DNA of 64,000 nucleotides. Origin: Bacteroidia bacterium. GTDB lineage: Bacteria; Bacteroidota; Bacteroidia; UBA4408. This document shows, piece after piece, positions 41,188 through 52,778 of the stretch. The DNA is taken from contig JALRAS010000002.1 in NCBI GenBank assembly GCA_023262495.1, forward strand, positions 2,566-66,565, given 5' to 3'. Within the stretch, counting starts at the first letter, position 1, and each line of letters begins with the position of its first letter. The notes under the pieces were generated by a model, which made no database searches, had not been told where the DNA came from, and saw nothing but the letters and a program-made list of their open reading frames with translations. The translations under genes were made by a program, and so were the position numbers.

Positions 41188-44100
41188 CTATTTAATTACA
41201 CTCACCCTTTGATGGTATACCCCACTTGATGTTTGTACGGCAACAATATAAATTCCTGCACTGAAAGATTTAGTATCTATGTACAAGGCATTGTTTAAAA
41301 TAGCTTTATTTTCAAAAACCTTAACACCTGCTGCATTAAAAATAACGATTGAGCGTATTTCATAATTCATGCTTAAAGTAACGCGTAATACATCTAAAAC
41401 GGGGTTTGGCGAAATTATTATTCCTGTGTTCTGCAGGGAAGCAGTAACATTGTTAATATTGACGGTAAATGGGTCGGAAACATTGCTGCATCCAAAATTA
41501 TTGGTTACTTGTACCCAATAATCGCCATTCACCAAGGGCACATAATCAATGCTATTGGCGCCTACAAGCAAAGTACTATCTACAAACCATTGGTAACTAT
41601 CTGCATTAGAGGAGGTAAGTGTAACACCATCAAAAGTAACGGAAGGCATAACGGGCAATGGATTCACCGCAATAAACACAGAATCAATAGCAGCGCATTG
41701 ATTGTTATCAACAACAGTTGCCGTGTACACAGTGCCCGATGTAGGACATGCTGTAGGATTAAGCAAGGTACTGTCACTAAGCGTTGAAGCAGGACTCCAA
41801 ACTATACTCTGTATGCTACCGGCCACAGAAGATGATAACGTTAAGCAATTGCTTTCACAAATTGTGGTATCGGCCGAAATTACCAGTTGAGGCAAAGGAT
41901 GGGCTTCAATCAATATACTGTCAAAAGCCACACAACCAATACTATCAGCAATAATCAAATTGTACTGAATATTTGCAGTAATAGTAGCAACAGGATTGGC
42001 AATGCTTGTATCATTAAGGCCGGTTGCAGGAAACCATTGATAACTGAAACCTACGGGGGCACTTAATTGAATACTACTATTTTCACAAACAGCCAAACTA
42101 CTATCTAAATCGAGCTGAGGTAAAGGATTTGAGTTGATGTAAATGCTATCGTTACCTGTGCATCCTGCCGCATCGGTAATGGTCAAAAAATAAGTGATAT
42201 CGTTGGTGATAAGGGCTGTTGGGTTGGCAGTATTTGCACTGCTCAATCCTGTTGGTGGCAACCAATTATAAGTATATCCGGTCGGTGCATTGAGCTGTAT
42301 GGAAGAGTTTTCGCAAACAACTGTATCATTCGCTAATGATAAAGGTAGTGCCGTAATAATATCAGCAACAAAAGTATTGGAAAACACAGGAGTAGCTGAG
42401 GCACAACTCAAATTCGATTGCATGCTCACTTGCACCAAATCGCCATCCTGAAGGCTGTTGCTTGTAAATGTTTCGGAGTTGTTATTGATTGTGTTTCCGT
42501 TCACCGTCCAAGCATATGCAGGGTTCAATCCTCCTGCAAAAGGAATGGCAGTGAAAGAAATGTTGCTTCCGGCACAAACAGCCCCATTGGCGCTATTGTT
42601 TAAGGTAATATTAGGAGTAAATGATGGCTGAATAGTTATACCAAAACCATTATCAACACCTATGGTTGAAGGGTCAGATGCAATAACCCTTATTCGGTAG
42701 TTGGTTCCGGCCGGTGTGCCGGCAGGTATTACAGCATAGATGATGCCCGATTGATAGGCAAATGGTGTTGCAGTATAAGTTCCAATCGAAACGGGATTGG
42801 CAAAACTACCCGAAGCATTACTCAGTTGTGCGGTAAATACATTGGTAGCACCATAAAAGCCTCTAGCATAATAGGCCACAAAAATGCCACTGCCAGCGCA
42901 GTATTCGTTCACTGAGGTGTAGGTTCGGTAAATCTCTCGTTGCTCGGTTTGGTGAATGACTCCGTTTAACCCTCCAACACAATAGCCATACTGCCCTCCG
43001 TTGGTCATACTAATGCTGTTCATGGTCCAGTTGTTTGCCAAGCAAGCAGTGGATAAAGATCCCACCGTTTTACAACTATCAATGGTAATGCTTTGGCTTG
43101 TTTGTTTTGCAAAGTAGCCCACACTATCATTAGCAAACCACATCTCCTCTATGGCAGCATTAGCGGTAGCATTATTGGTTTGAAACCAGCTTTGCCCGCA
43201 ATCATAGGTAAATAATATTTTACCAAAAGAGCCTGCACAATATCCTAATGAGTCGTTTGTAAATACAATATCTTGCAAACTACTTGCAAGGGCCGAGGTA
43301 TAAACCGACCATGTTAAACCTCCATCATAAGTTCTCTGAATTTTATTAACTCCGGCTAAAAAACCTGTATCGGCATTGATAAACCAAATAGCTCTGAATA
43401 CATTCGGATCGGCAGTTGTAATCGAATCCCAAGTTTCACCGGCATCAGTCGTTTTAAAAACAAGTCCTCCGCTTGCCGAGGCAAAGCCTTGACTAGGATT
43501 AATAAAACTCATGTCGGTAAATCCGCGTGTTGTATTGGTTGGCTTGAGTATCCAATTTTTTCCGCCATCGGTAGTTTTTAATATTCTACCGCTATCGCTG
43601 CAGGCAAAACCAATATTGTTGCTTGTAAACAGTAGCTTGTTGATGATTGAAGGAAATGCTTTTGTTTGCTGAAAATAGGTAACACCTCCATTTTCTGTTT
43701 TAAAAATTTTTCCTTCTTTTCCACCGGCATAAGCGGTATCGCTGTGTGTAGCGTGTACAGTAAACAACTCAGTACCAAGGCCGCTTGTCATGTTTTGCCA
43801 AGTTGCTCCGCCATCAATGGTTTTATTTATTTTGCCAAGGTTTCCGCCAACAAATCCCACCTGATTATCCAAGAAATACATGGCATAAAAAGTATCATAC
43901 AAACCATTCATTGTTGTTGTAAGTGTCCATGATAAACCTCCGTTTAATGTTTTATAAATTCCTTCACCGTCAACTGAAATATATCCAACGTTGGGTGTTG
44001 TAAAGAATATCCTTAATATTGGATTAATAGCTCCTGTGGCTATTGGAGCCCAAGTAAGGCCTCCGTCTGTAGTTTTAAATAAATTATTGCTGCTCGATAA

Positions 44101-44742
44101 GTAGCCAATATTACTATCGGCAAAGAAAATATCATTGATTCCTCCTGCGCCCGTAGTAACAATATTCCAAGAGGTTCCTCCATTGGTGGTACGCAAAATT
44201 TGCCCATTGCCACACGCTACAAATCCCAAATTGTTTCCTACAAAAAATATTCTTCGCAACGCTACGGTTACTCCGCTCGATATGGTTTGCCAAGTGCTTC
44301 CGCCATTGGTAGTTCTTCTTAAAATACCATTGTTACCTATTACAAATCCGTTGTTTAAATCTTTGAACCATATATCATTGTTGCCCGAACCCACTCCTGA
44401 GCTTTGCTGCACCCAGGTGATACCTCCATCTGTTGTTTTTCTGATATCTGAATTGCCTCCGGTAATCCAACCTGTTGTTTGATTTACAAAATGCACTGCA
44501 TTAATTACACTTGTGTTGCCGGTATTCATCCTCACCCAATCTTTTCCCGAGTTAATTGTTTTAAACAAGCCATGGGTGACAGAGCAATTTCCTATACCAC
44601 TGGACTGATGCACTGCGTATCCGTTATATCTATCGGTAAAGGTGATATCGTTGATATTGGTTCCCATCGGGGAAATAGTGCGCCATTGTGCGTTTGCAAG
44701 GCCGGTAGTAAGCAGCCACAACAGAAATATTTTAAATTTCAT
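41188..44742 (-). CDS. large T9SS cargo protein: N-terminal Ycf48/BNR-like repeat beta-propeller(s), Ig/PKD-like repeats, T9SS type-A C-terminal sorting domain
   Basis: More than 10 repeats of TxDGGxTW. Repeated CENSSIQL...GxxYxW modules. CTD IISPNPVLDVLRVTL...GIYIVAVQTSSGVYHQRVSVIK. Confidence 0.8.
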   Translation of the reverse strand: MKFKIFLLWLLTTGLANAQWRTISPMGTNINDITFTDRYNGYAVHQSSGIGNCSVTHGLFKTINSGKDWVRMNTGNTSVINAVHFVNQTTGWITGGNSDIRKTTDGGITWVQQSSGVGSGNNDIWFKDLNNGFVIGNNGILRRTTNGGSTWQTISSGVTVALRRIFFVGNNLGFVACGNGQILRTTNGGTSWNIVTTGAGGINDIFFADSNIGYLSSSNNLFKTTDGGLTWAPIATGAINPILRIFFTTPNVGYISVDGEGIYKTLNGGLSWTLTTTMNGLYDTFYAMYFLDNQVGFVGGNLGKINKTIDGGATWQNMTSGLGTELFTVHATHSDTAYAGGKEGKIFKTENGGVTYFQQTKAFPSIINKLLFTSNNIGFACSDSGRILKTTDGGKNWILKPTNTTRGFTDMSFINPSQGFASASGGLVFKTTDAGETWDSITTADPNVFRAIWFINADTGFLAGVNKIQRTYDGGLTWSVYTSALASSLQDIVFTNDSLGYCAGSFGKILFTYDCGQSWFQTNNATANAAIEEMWFANDSVGYFAKQTSQSITIDSCKTVGSLSTACLANNWTMNSISMTNGGQYGYCVGGLNGVIHQTEQREIYRTYTSVNEYCAGSGIFVAYYARGFYGATNVFTAQLSNASGSFANPVSIGTYTATPFAYQSGIIYAVIPAGTPAGTNYRIRVIASDPSTIGVDNGFGITIQPSFTPNITLNNSANGAVCAGSNISFTAIPFAGGLNPAYAWTVNGNTINNNSETFTSNSLQDGDLVQVSMQSNLSCASATPVFSNTFVADIITALPLSLANDTVVCENSSIQLNAPTGYTYNWLPPTGLSSANTANPTALITNDITYFLTITDAAGCTGNDSIYINSNPLPQLDLDSSLAVCENSSIQLSAPVGFSYQWFPATGLNDTSIANPVATITANIQYNLIIADSIGCVAFDSILIEAHPLPQLVISADTTICESNCLTLSSSVAGSIQSIVWSPASTLSDSTLLNPTACPTSGTVYTATVVDNNQCAAIDSVFIAVNPLPVMPSVTFDGVTLTSSNADSYQWFVDSTLLVGANSIDYVPLVNGDYWVQVTNNFGCSNVSDPFTVNINNVTASLQNTGIIISPNPVLDVLRVTLSMNYEIRSIVIFNAAGVKVFENKAILNNALYIDTKSFSAGIYIVAVQTSSGVYHQRVSVIK

Positions 44743-44798
44743 ATTTATAATTAATCTTAAAACGGTGCAAATATGATTATTTTGGGAACATGTTAACC

Positions 44799-44832
44799 AA
44801 AAAAAAGGCCTTCAAAATTTTGAAGGCCTTTT
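44799..44832 (-). terminator. rho-independent terminator downstream of the 44854..46302 gene
   Basis: Minus strand reads ggccttcaaaattttgaaggcc followed by tttttttt. Confidence 0.7.
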
Positions 44833-44853
44833 AACAATAGGTTAATGGCGATA

Positions 44854-46302
44854 TTACTTATTGATGATCAATTTTGTAATTACATGATGCTGATTATTTT
44901 GAACAGCTATCATGTAAACGCCATCATTTAAGTCACTGGTTGAAATTATTTGATTGGTATTTAATGATCTTGTTTGCTTCACTACACGACCTGACAAATC
45001 GGTAATCGTAATTAAGCTATTTTCGTTAAGGTGATTAATGGAGATAAACTCTTTGGCAGGATTGGGGAATATGACAATTTCTTTTTGCGCTGATTGTACG
45101 ATTCCTGTTACTGTAGGATCAAATGAAATAACATATTCTCTGACTGTGGTAGCCACTGGAGTGCCATTGTCTGTTGCTGTTACAGTCAACACCAAATCGT
45201 TTACGGCATTGGTTGGTGTATACACATCAACCAAGTATTTGTGATTGCCCATACTGTAGAGTGTAGTAACTGTATAATTAGAAAATCCGCCCATGTTAAA
45301 GGTTGCCCAAGCATCTTGATTGGTTTGTCCTGAAAGTACCATCATGGCATATTGCACGGTATCGCCTGGCAAAAGCACAATGGTATCGCACATATTACTT
45401 ACTAGAATAGGGTCAACATTGGTATTGTTGGTATCGGTGCAAGCACTGAAGTAAAACTGTTGATCATCGAGCCAATTAATACCATCTGACGTTGAAAAAG
45501 GTCCATCATACACATTGGTGGAGTCGCCAAATCTTCCCATTTGAATGAAAGAACTTCCATCTCCCTCATTGGCGCCAACTGTACTTGGGGTACCGCCAAA
45601 ACCATTGACACCACCCGAGGCGCTGCCCGTTGTCCATTGCATATCATTATAGCAGTATCCAACGTTTGTACCGGGAGGTAAAATAGGATCGTTGCCGTCT
45701 GTAATGATTAATTGAAAATCATTGATTTTATCTGATGCCATTGGGAAATAACCAACATTATGCCATCTAACGATTAAACTTGTAGGTGTAATTTTATAGT
45801 ACACCAAACCGCTGGCACTGTCTCTTGTATCAACATCTCCCCAAAAAGGTGCTACCATGATGTATGAAGCACTTGGGAAAGAATCTGATGTAAAAGTAAA
45901 GTAAGGGAAGGCAAAAGAAATATTCCCATTGTTGTTGATATACACCGAGTCATAGGTTGTTCCGTATAAACAAAAACTGAAAGGTAGGGTTATCGCAGGT
46001 GAACTTAAATCATCGTTTCTAAACTCTGGGGGAGTAGCACCTGAAAAAGGAACCACACTAAAAGTGCTGTCAAGCGGTACAATGCAATCGCAAGCTGCAT
46101 TGGCTTTCATTTGTGGAGCTCCCTGGTAAGCGTAATTTGTTTGTAAGTTGTTACCTGAGGGAGGAGCGATTACAGTGTAATTCCCTAATTGATTTTGCAT
46201 TTTCAGCTGCTGATACTGCTGAGAATTTAAGTAAACTGAATTTTGCTGAGCAAAGCCGCAAAAAGAAAGCAAACTAATGGAAAGTGTAAAAAGTTTTTTC
46301 AT
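44854..46302 (-). CDS. secreted hypothetical protein with T9SS C-terminal sorting domain
   Basis: Signal peptide. CTD IVIFPNPAKEFISINHL...GVYMIAVQNNQHHVITKLIINK. Confidence 0.7.
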   Translation of the reverse strand: MKKLFTLSISLLSFCGFAQQNSVYLNSQQYQQLKMQNQLGNYTVIAPPSGNNLQTNYAYQGAPQMKANAACDCIVPLDSTFSVVPFSGATPPEFRNDDLSSPAITLPFSFCLYGTTYDSVYINNNGNISFAFPYFTFTSDSFPSASYIMVAPFWGDVDTRDSASGLVYYKITPTSLIVRWHNVGYFPMASDKINDFQLIITDGNDPILPPGTNVGYCYNDMQWTTGSASGGVNGFGGTPSTVGANEGDGSSFIQMGRFGDSTNVYDGPFSTSDGINWLDDQQFYFSACTDTNNTNVDPILVSNMCDTIVLLPGDTVQYAMMVLSGQTNQDAWATFNMGGFSNYTVTTLYSMGNHKYLVDVYTPTNAVNDLVLTVTATDNGTPVATTVREYVISFDPTVTGIVQSAQKEIVIFPNPAKEFISINHLNENSLITITDLSGRVVKQTRSLNTNQIISTSDLNDGVYMIAVQNNQHHVITKLIINK

Positions 46303-46408
46303 GATGTTTTTTTTTCAAATTTATAATAATTATTTAATGCTCAACAAATTATTAAGGAAATTAATTTGTTTTTAACTCAATGACCGATGGTCTCGGAAAC
46401 AATTTATT

Positions 46409-49399
46409 TTATCTGAATAAGGTAAAAAAACCTTGTTTAGATATGGCTTTTCCCTGTTTTGTTGTTGCATTCACCAAATAATAATAGGTGCCCGAAGGCA
46501 TATCCGCGCCTTGATTTGATTTACCATTCCATGAACCATTGATGTTGTCCCAGGTGTACAAGTTTAGACCCCAGCGATCGAAGATTTGAACATTTAAAGT
46601 GGACAAGTCCGCATTAACTATCTTAAATACTTCATTTTCATTGTCTCCATTAGGTGTAAACACATTAGGAACAAATAGTTCCGATGAGTCTTCACACTCA
46701 AAAAGTATATCAATATTTGCTTGCGCACTGCAAGCGTTTGTATCGATTACAATCAATAGGTATGTGCCTGCATTTTTTTCGCTCACAGGGGCAATTGTCG
46801 GATTTTGTATCGGTGATGTAAAAGACTCAGGGCCTTGCCATGAATAGCTGTTGGCAATAGCAGGAGTTAACAATTTAATGGTATCTCCAAAACAAAACTT
46901 ATTGGTAGCTTCTATTTGCGGTGTGGCAGGAGAAACATTTATGCTAATATCAATACCTGTAGAATCACTCTTACATCCACTTGCGATATCGATTATGGTA
47001 AGATAGTACATGCCTGACATTGCAGGCGTAGCTGAAGCAATAGATACGCTTGGGTTATTGCCGTTAAATCCGGAAGGGCCTGACCATGAGTATTGCATGT
47101 TGCCTAATGCTGTGCTGTTGATATTAATTAGATCTCCAGTACAAACAGGCGAATTACTGTTTAACACAGGAGCTGTAGGTGAAGTATTAACTTGCAACGG
47201 TATAGAGGTTGCAGAGGAACATCCATTGTTGTTATTGGCTGTTAAAGTTACATTATAATTTCCGGCAACAGCATAGGTATGAACAGGGCTAATTGCAGCT
47301 GAGTTGCCCCCATCTCCGAAGTTCCATGTTTGACTGTTTGATGTGCCTGTGGTAAGATTGTTGAATTGTATAGGAACTCCTTCGCAGGCATTGCCAAAAG
47401 AAAAATTAGCCACAGGAGATGGTACAACAGTAACAGTAATTTGATCGGAATTCACACAATTGTTAAGGCCAACCGCTGTAACCGTATAAACTGTATTTAC
47501 ACTTACTGAGCACACAGGATTGGCAATAGAATCATTGCTAAGTCCATTGGCAGGCGACCAAACATAATTAACTCCACCACTTGCTGTAAGCTGTATAGTG
47601 CTCCCTGAACAAAGGTTCACATCCTGACCGGCATTTACTTGAGGAAGTGGGTTAACTGTAACCGTTGAGGTAATAGCACCTGTGCATCCTGTGCTATCTG
47701 TACCTATTACGGTATAGGTAGTGGTAGCAGTTGGACTAACTGTAATGGTATTTGTTGTGGCACCTGTACTCCAAGTGTAACTGTTTGAGCCGGTAGCCGA
47801 TAACAATACCTGCTGACCCGAGCAAATAGTTGGACTATTTACAGTCATGTATAATGGCAATGAGGTAACGTTAATGGTATCTGTTGCCACGCCACACTGA
47901 TTTTGTGCTGTAACATGGTATAATCCGCTGTTATTTACGTTTATGGTTTGACCGCTGCTTCCGTCTTGCCATAAGTAATTGTTAAACCCTGCTCCGGCAT
48001 CAAGTATCAAAGGTGTTGATCCACATACTATGGTATCGTTGCCTAGGTTAATGTTAGCAGTTGGAATAATACTGAAGGTTACGCTTAGTGTATCGGTAAT
48101 TGACCCTGCGTAGGTGATAGCCGTAACAATAAAAGTGCTGTCATTAGAGTAAACATGTTCAGGAAAAAAAAGTGAAGAGGTGTTGTAAACTCCTGAGGAA
48201 ATATCGCCAAAATTCCACAAAACCGAATCTAATGCAGTTGTATCCGATAGAGAAAAGGTAGTAGTATCGCCAAAACAAATGTTGTTGTACGTTATTGATG
48301 GAGGTATAAAAAATGTTTGCAGAAAATTAGGCAACCCACTAAAACAAAGTCCTGTTGGTAATGGTACAGCAAAATCAACAAAATTACAGGCAGTTCCCAA
48401 TGCGTTGGGATTGTTAATACACACCAACTCATTAGAGTTTTTTGCTACATATATTTTACCATCAGGCGCTATTTGTAATGCTCCTAAACCGGCCGAGGCG
48501 GTTCCTACAATTGTTTCGGAGGCAATTATAGCTGCCGGTGTTCCCAAAGCTAAATTATATTGGTAAATATCGGGATGAGCCCAACATCCTACATATAGCT
48601 TTGACCCATCGGGAGAAAACTCAACACCATAGGCGAAACAACTGGTTGAAAACGAAAACTCATTGGTAATTACTCCTGTTAAATTATTAAATGTGAGAAT
48701 ATCAACAACCGAATTATTTGAAACTGCATGAGCCAATCTATTTGAACTTGAACTGGCTTTTAAATACCCTACCCCTAGGTTCCATGGGGAATTATCCACC
48801 GTACCGGTATTGCTCACTATTGGTGTAGTATTAACACCTGCGCTCGTAACAGAATAAACTAAAAATCCATTATTATCATCGTGTGCAATCACCCAAAAAT
48901 CAATATTGTTCGATTTCTTAACTCCGGTAAGTTTTTCGGTTACGGGTGAGGCAAGTTGTATATTTTTAATGGCTGTTACATCTCCTAAACCACCATCAAG
49001 AGTCATGTCCACTTCCGAATAATTTAATCCTGATGAGCCACCCGTAGCAGCAACTGTAAAAACATAATATATGTTAGGATTGCCTGGCTTTGGCACAATG
49101 ATACCCGATTGTGTGGCAGAAGGATCACCAAAGAGTCCTGTTCCATTGGGCATAGCAGTATGATTAGCATTCCACACCGTAATACCATCGGTATAAAATT
49201 TTAATGCTCCTGCGGAATTAGCAATACTGGCACAACCCTCATAGGTATTGATGGCACCATTAGATAACGGAACAGGTGAACCACTATTAAAATCTAAGCC
49301 GGCATTTTGACCAAAATACCAAATATTGGCCTCACCTTGTGCCCTTAGCGTAGTATTAAAAATACAATGAATGAAAACGATAATTAAAAATCTTTTCAT
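46409..49399 (-). CDS. large cell-surface protein with gliding-motility-associated C-terminal domain (CHU_C / T9SS type-B CTD) and PKD/Ig-like repeats
   Basis: C terminus FVPNVFTPNGDNENEVFKI...GTYYYLV...GFFTLFR is the CHU_C domain. N-terminal NIWYFGQNAGLDFNSG region is typical of this family. Confidence 0.8.
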   Translation of the reverse strand: MKRFLIIVFIHCIFNTTLRAQGEANIWYFGQNAGLDFNSGSPVPLSNGAINTYEGCASIANSAGALKFYTDGITVWNANHTAMPNGTGLFGDPSATQSGIIVPKPGNPNIYYVFTVAATGGSSGLNYSEVDMTLDGGLGDVTAIKNIQLASPVTEKLTGVKKSNNIDFWVIAHDDNNGFLVYSVTSAGVNTTPIVSNTGTVDNSPWNLGVGYLKASSSSNRLAHAVSNNSVVDILTFNNLTGVITNEFSFSTSCFAYGVEFSPDGSKLYVGCWAHPDIYQYNLALGTPAAIIASETIVGTASAGLGALQIAPDGKIYVAKNSNELVCINNPNALGTACNFVDFAVPLPTGLCFSGLPNFLQTFFIPPSITYNNICFGDTTTFSLSDTTALDSVLWNFGDISSGVYNTSSLFFPEHVYSNDSTFIVTAITYAGSITDTLSVTFSIIPTANINLGNDTIVCGSTPLILDAGAGFNNYLWQDGSSGQTINVNNSGLYHVTAQNQCGVATDTINVTSLPLYMTVNSPTICSGQQVLLSATGSNSYTWSTGATTNTITVSPTATTTYTVIGTDSTGCTGAITSTVTVNPLPQVNAGQDVNLCSGSTIQLTASGGVNYVWSPANGLSNDSIANPVCSVSVNTVYTVTAVGLNNCVNSDQITVTVVPSPVANFSFGNACEGVPIQFNNLTTGTSNSQTWNFGDGGNSAAISPVHTYAVAGNYNVTLTANNNNGCSSATSIPLQVNTSPTAPVLNSNSPVCTGDLININSTALGNMQYSWSGPSGFNGNNPSVSIASATPAMSGMYYLTIIDIASGCKSDSTGIDISINVSPATPQIEATNKFCFGDTIKLLTPAIANSYSWQGPESFTSPIQNPTIAPVSEKNAGTYLLIVIDTNACSAQANIDILFECEDSSELFVPNVFTPNGDNENEVFKIVNADLSTLNVQIFDRWGLNLYTWDNINGSWNGKSNQGADMPSGTYYYLVNATTKQGKAISKQGFFTLFR

Positions 49400-49632
49400 G
49401 ATTAAAATATTTTAATTTTGAATATAAAAACCACCTAAAGCATCAACGCGTCTGGAAAAATTGCTGGTGTAAATCTATTGCTTTAAACAAACCTAACTAA
49501 AAATAATGAAGCCACAAAATTGTAGTGGAAATAATAATGTTGTCTTAATGATTGTATTTAAACTGCTGATTATCCAAATTCATCGTTAGACAATTCGGAT
49601 TTGCGAGTGCAGCTATCATATAATTCTTACCT

Positions 49633-51213
49633 CTACTTTTCTTCTATCGGATTTTCCTCTTCCTTTACTTTGGTACCGTCAATCTTGTACTCCTTGTTAT
49701 CCTTGTAAACTATGGTTGAATACAAGGTTCCTTCGGTATCAAATTTACGCCAATTACCTTCCTTATTTCCCATCAAATATTCACCTTCTTCTTTGGTTTT
49801 TCCGTTGTAGTAATAGTAGGAAAACTTCCCGTTTTCCAATCCATCAATATAGGTGCCTTCTTCCGCAATTTTACCGTTTCCATTGTAGTAACTTTTCCAC
49901 TTGCCTGTTTTCACACCTGCCTTAAATTCTCCTTCATACTTCATATCACCGTCATTGCTAATCCATGGTCCTTCTTTTTCACCTTCTATAAATAACCCTT
50001 TTGTAACAACTTCGCTGCTATCGGTATACTCAACCATTTCGCCTTCGGGTAAACCTCTTATAAAACTTTCGGTACGCAAAATATTTCCGCTTTCATAATA
50101 CCACTTCCAATCACCTGTTGGTTTATTATTATTATCATACTTTCCTCTTTGTTCTATTTTTCCGTTTTGATGATAATAAATCCATTCACCAATCTTTTTA
50201 TCGTTGATGTACTCTCCCTCTGCCTTTAACTCACCGGTAATATAAAACTCCTTCCATTTGCCTTGTTTATAACCTCGTGCATCATAAATACCTTCACCAA
50301 TTTTATAACCATCTTTGAATAATTCACTGCCAATAATCTCACCTTCTTCACTAAATTTTCTGGTAAATCCTTCCGCTAAGCCATCTTTATAAGTACCTGA
50401 CGTTTTCTTTTTTCCCGATTCATAATAGGTTGTTTTTACATCTAACTTAACCAATTCCGCCACATTTACCTGAAGCACACCATCGACATATTTTTCGGCC
50501 TTTGCCAGGTTGCCATCCGGTTCAAATATTTTTAAATAACCATCTAATTTATCATCTCTGTAACGCATTTCCTTTTTCACTGTTCCATTAGGATAAAATT
50601 CTTTCCAAATACCTTGTTTCAAATTTAATTTATCTCTCCTATTTATTTTTTCTTCGCGGCTAATAAAACCATTTTTATAGATGGTAATGGTTTGTATTAA
50701 GCCATCGGGCAAATATTCCTTTCCTATTCCATTTTCTTTTCCTTTATCAAAAGGCACTTCTTTATAGCGTACATTATTTTTTCGGTAATATGCCTTGCCC
50801 TGTCTGGTATCTGCTACAAAAGGTTCTTCAGAAACTATATGCCCGGTTTCTACGTCATACACGGTTTTCATTCCTTGTTTTTTACCTTCCTTGTATTCAT
50901 AGGTAAGCGTTAGTTTGCCCTCTTCATTATAAAATTTCCAAAGACTGTCAAGCTGTGCATCTTTTCTATTTCCTTCCGATTTTAAAACACCCGATTCATA
51001 ATAGGTTTTCCAATATCCATCAGGTTTACCATTTTTTATAAAACCTTCACTGCTCAACCTTCCGCTAGGGTATGTATACTTGGTAAATCCATCCTTTACC
51101 TGATTTTCTTGAGCACAAATTTTACCTAACATAATAAAAAACAATAGGCCTGACATAACAAACCTAAAAATTCTAAAATTTGGCATATAAAAAAATGTTG
51201 TAGCAGTTGTCAT
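49633..51213 (-). CDS. MORN-repeat-variant (YwqK-like) repeat protein, exported
   Basis: About 12 tandem G-x-W-x-x-YY-x-NG-like repeats. Hydrophobic N terminus (probable start at MSGLLFFIMLGKICAQ). Confidence 0.65.
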   Translation of the reverse strand: MTTATTFFYMPNFRIFRFVMSGLLFFIMLGKICAQENQVKDGFTKYTYPSGRLSSEGFIKNGKPDGYWKTYYESGVLKSEGNRKDAQLDSLWKFYNEEGKLTLTYEYKEGKKQGMKTVYDVETGHIVSEEPFVADTRQGKAYYRKNNVRYKEVPFDKGKENGIGKEYLPDGLIQTITIYKNGFISREEKINRRDKLNLKQGIWKEFYPNGTVKKEMRYRDDKLDGYLKIFEPDGNLAKAEKYVDGVLQVNVAELVKLDVKTTYYESGKKKTSGTYKDGLAEGFTRKFSEEGEIIGSELFKDGYKIGEGIYDARGYKQGKWKEFYITGELKAEGEYINDKKIGEWIYYHQNGKIEQRGKYDNNNKPTGDWKWYYESGNILRTESFIRGLPEGEMVEYTDSSEVVTKGLFIEGEKEGPWISNDGDMKYEGEFKAGVKTGKWKSYYNGNGKIAEEGTYIDGLENGKFSYYYYNGKTKEEGEYLMGNKEGNWRKFDTEGTLYSTIVYKDNKEYKIDGTKVKEEENPIEEK

Positions 51214-51223
51214 AGTAGTTATT

Positions 51224-52198
51224 TTATAGACCTAGCTGAGCAGATATTTCAAGCATTTTTTTGATTGACTTTTCTGCTTGTTTTATTAACGAAGGTTCAA
51301 TGATTATTTCAGGTTTTTCATCTCTTAAACAAGCATATAATTTTTCTAAAGTATTCAATTTCATGTGCGGACAATCATTGCAAGCACAATTATTTTCAGG
51401 TGGCGCAGGTATCAACGTTTTACCTGGTGCACGCTTTGCCATTTCATGTAATATACCTGTTTCGGTTGCAACAATAAACTCTTGATGTTCACTTTTAATC
51501 ACAAAATTGAGCAGTGCTGTGGTACTTCCTATAAACTCTGCTTGATCTAATACAGGTTCTTCACATTCAGGATGTGCAATAAGCAATGCACGAGGATGAG
51601 TATGTTTGAGTAAACTTATTTTTTTTGCAGAAAAAATTTCATGAACCATACAACTACCATCCCATAACAACATATTTCTTCCTGTAACTTTATTCACATA
51701 TCTGCCTAAGTTTTTATCAGGAGCAAAAATAATAGGTTGATCTTTTGGAATACTGTTTACAATTTGAACTGCATTGCTACTGGTACAAACAATATCGGTA
51801 AGGGCTTTAATTTCGGCAGTACAATTAATATAACTGATAACAAGATGATGAGGGTGTTCATCTTTAAATTTTTTAAAAGCCAGCGGAGGGCAACTATCAG
51901 CCAAAGAACAACCTGCCTTTAAATCGGGGATTAAAACTTTTTTATCAGGACACAATATTTTTGCTGTTTCAGCCATGAAATGTACCCCTGCAAACACAAT
52001 GATGTCGGCATTTGTTTGAGCAGCCTGTTGCGACAAACCTAAGCTATCGCCAATGTAGTCGGCAACATCCTGAATATCGCCCTCTTGGTAGTAATGTGCC
52101 AATATAATGGCATTCTTTTCGGCTTTCAGCTTTTTTATATCTTCGAATATGTTTTTGGTCTGTAGGGTCATCTTTGCGGATAGCGTTTGAGGGTTCAA
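51224..52198 (-). CDS. nadA: quinolinate synthase
   Basis: AHYYQ...[16 protein letters not shown] and Cys ligands for the [4Fe-4S] cluster. 324 aa. Confidence 0.9.
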   Translation of the reverse strand: MNPQTLSAKMTLQTKNIFEDIKKLKAEKNAIILAHYYQEGDIQDVADYIGDSLGLSQQAAQTNADIIVFAGVHFMAETAKILCPDKKVLIPDLKAGCSLADSCPPLAFKKFKDEHPHHLVISYINCTAEIKALTDIVCTSSNAVQIVNSIPKDQPIIFAPDKNLGRYVNKVTGRNMLLWDGSCMVHEIFSAKKISLLKHTHPRALLIAHPECEEPVLDQAEFIGSTTALLNFVIKSEHQEFIVATETGILHEMAKRAPGKTLIPAPPENNCACNDCPHMKLNTLEKLYACLRDEKPEIIIEPSLIKQAEKSIKKMLEISAQLGL

Positions 52199-52778
52199 AT
52201 ATCAACTAAAAATTATTTCGAATCATTTTTATATTTTTCAACGCGTAGCTTTTATCTATAAAAAGAAAAATAAATTAATTTTTTAAAAAATATGTTTTTA
52301 ATATAGAGCTGTTAGTACTGTTAGTTTATTTATTGAACAACGTGTGAAAATGTGATTTATTATTTTTTAATAACAATTATTTAACTGTTTTGATTTGCTT
52401 ATTTCCTTTAATTACAAGGGTTATTCAGTTTTATTAACATCTTGTTAGTTCACTTTGTTTGGATAACTTTAGTTAATATTGATCTTTGATTTTGTGTAAA
52501 AAGTTGTGTGCATTTTTCAATAATTTGCTTGATGTTAAATTAGGATTTATCAACTTATATTGCATACAGTGCGTCTATTTAATTCTCCAAATTATTTTTT
52601 TACTTCATATCACACTTTATCAACAGCAATTAACAATTTCTTTGTTTAAAAATAGATATACGCGTAAAACCCTTTATTAACAAGCTTCTTAAACCAATTA
52701 CAAATGTAAAAATAGTAATTAAAATGTTAATACAATTCTTAAAGTGCGAGCAATGTACTTTACTAAATAGCTATTTTT

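Noticed and set aside
52486-52680. 64-aa ORF in the nadA-rpiB intergenic region
   Set aside because: The region is extremely AT-rich with promoter-like composition. The peptide is low-complexity with no recognisable signature.
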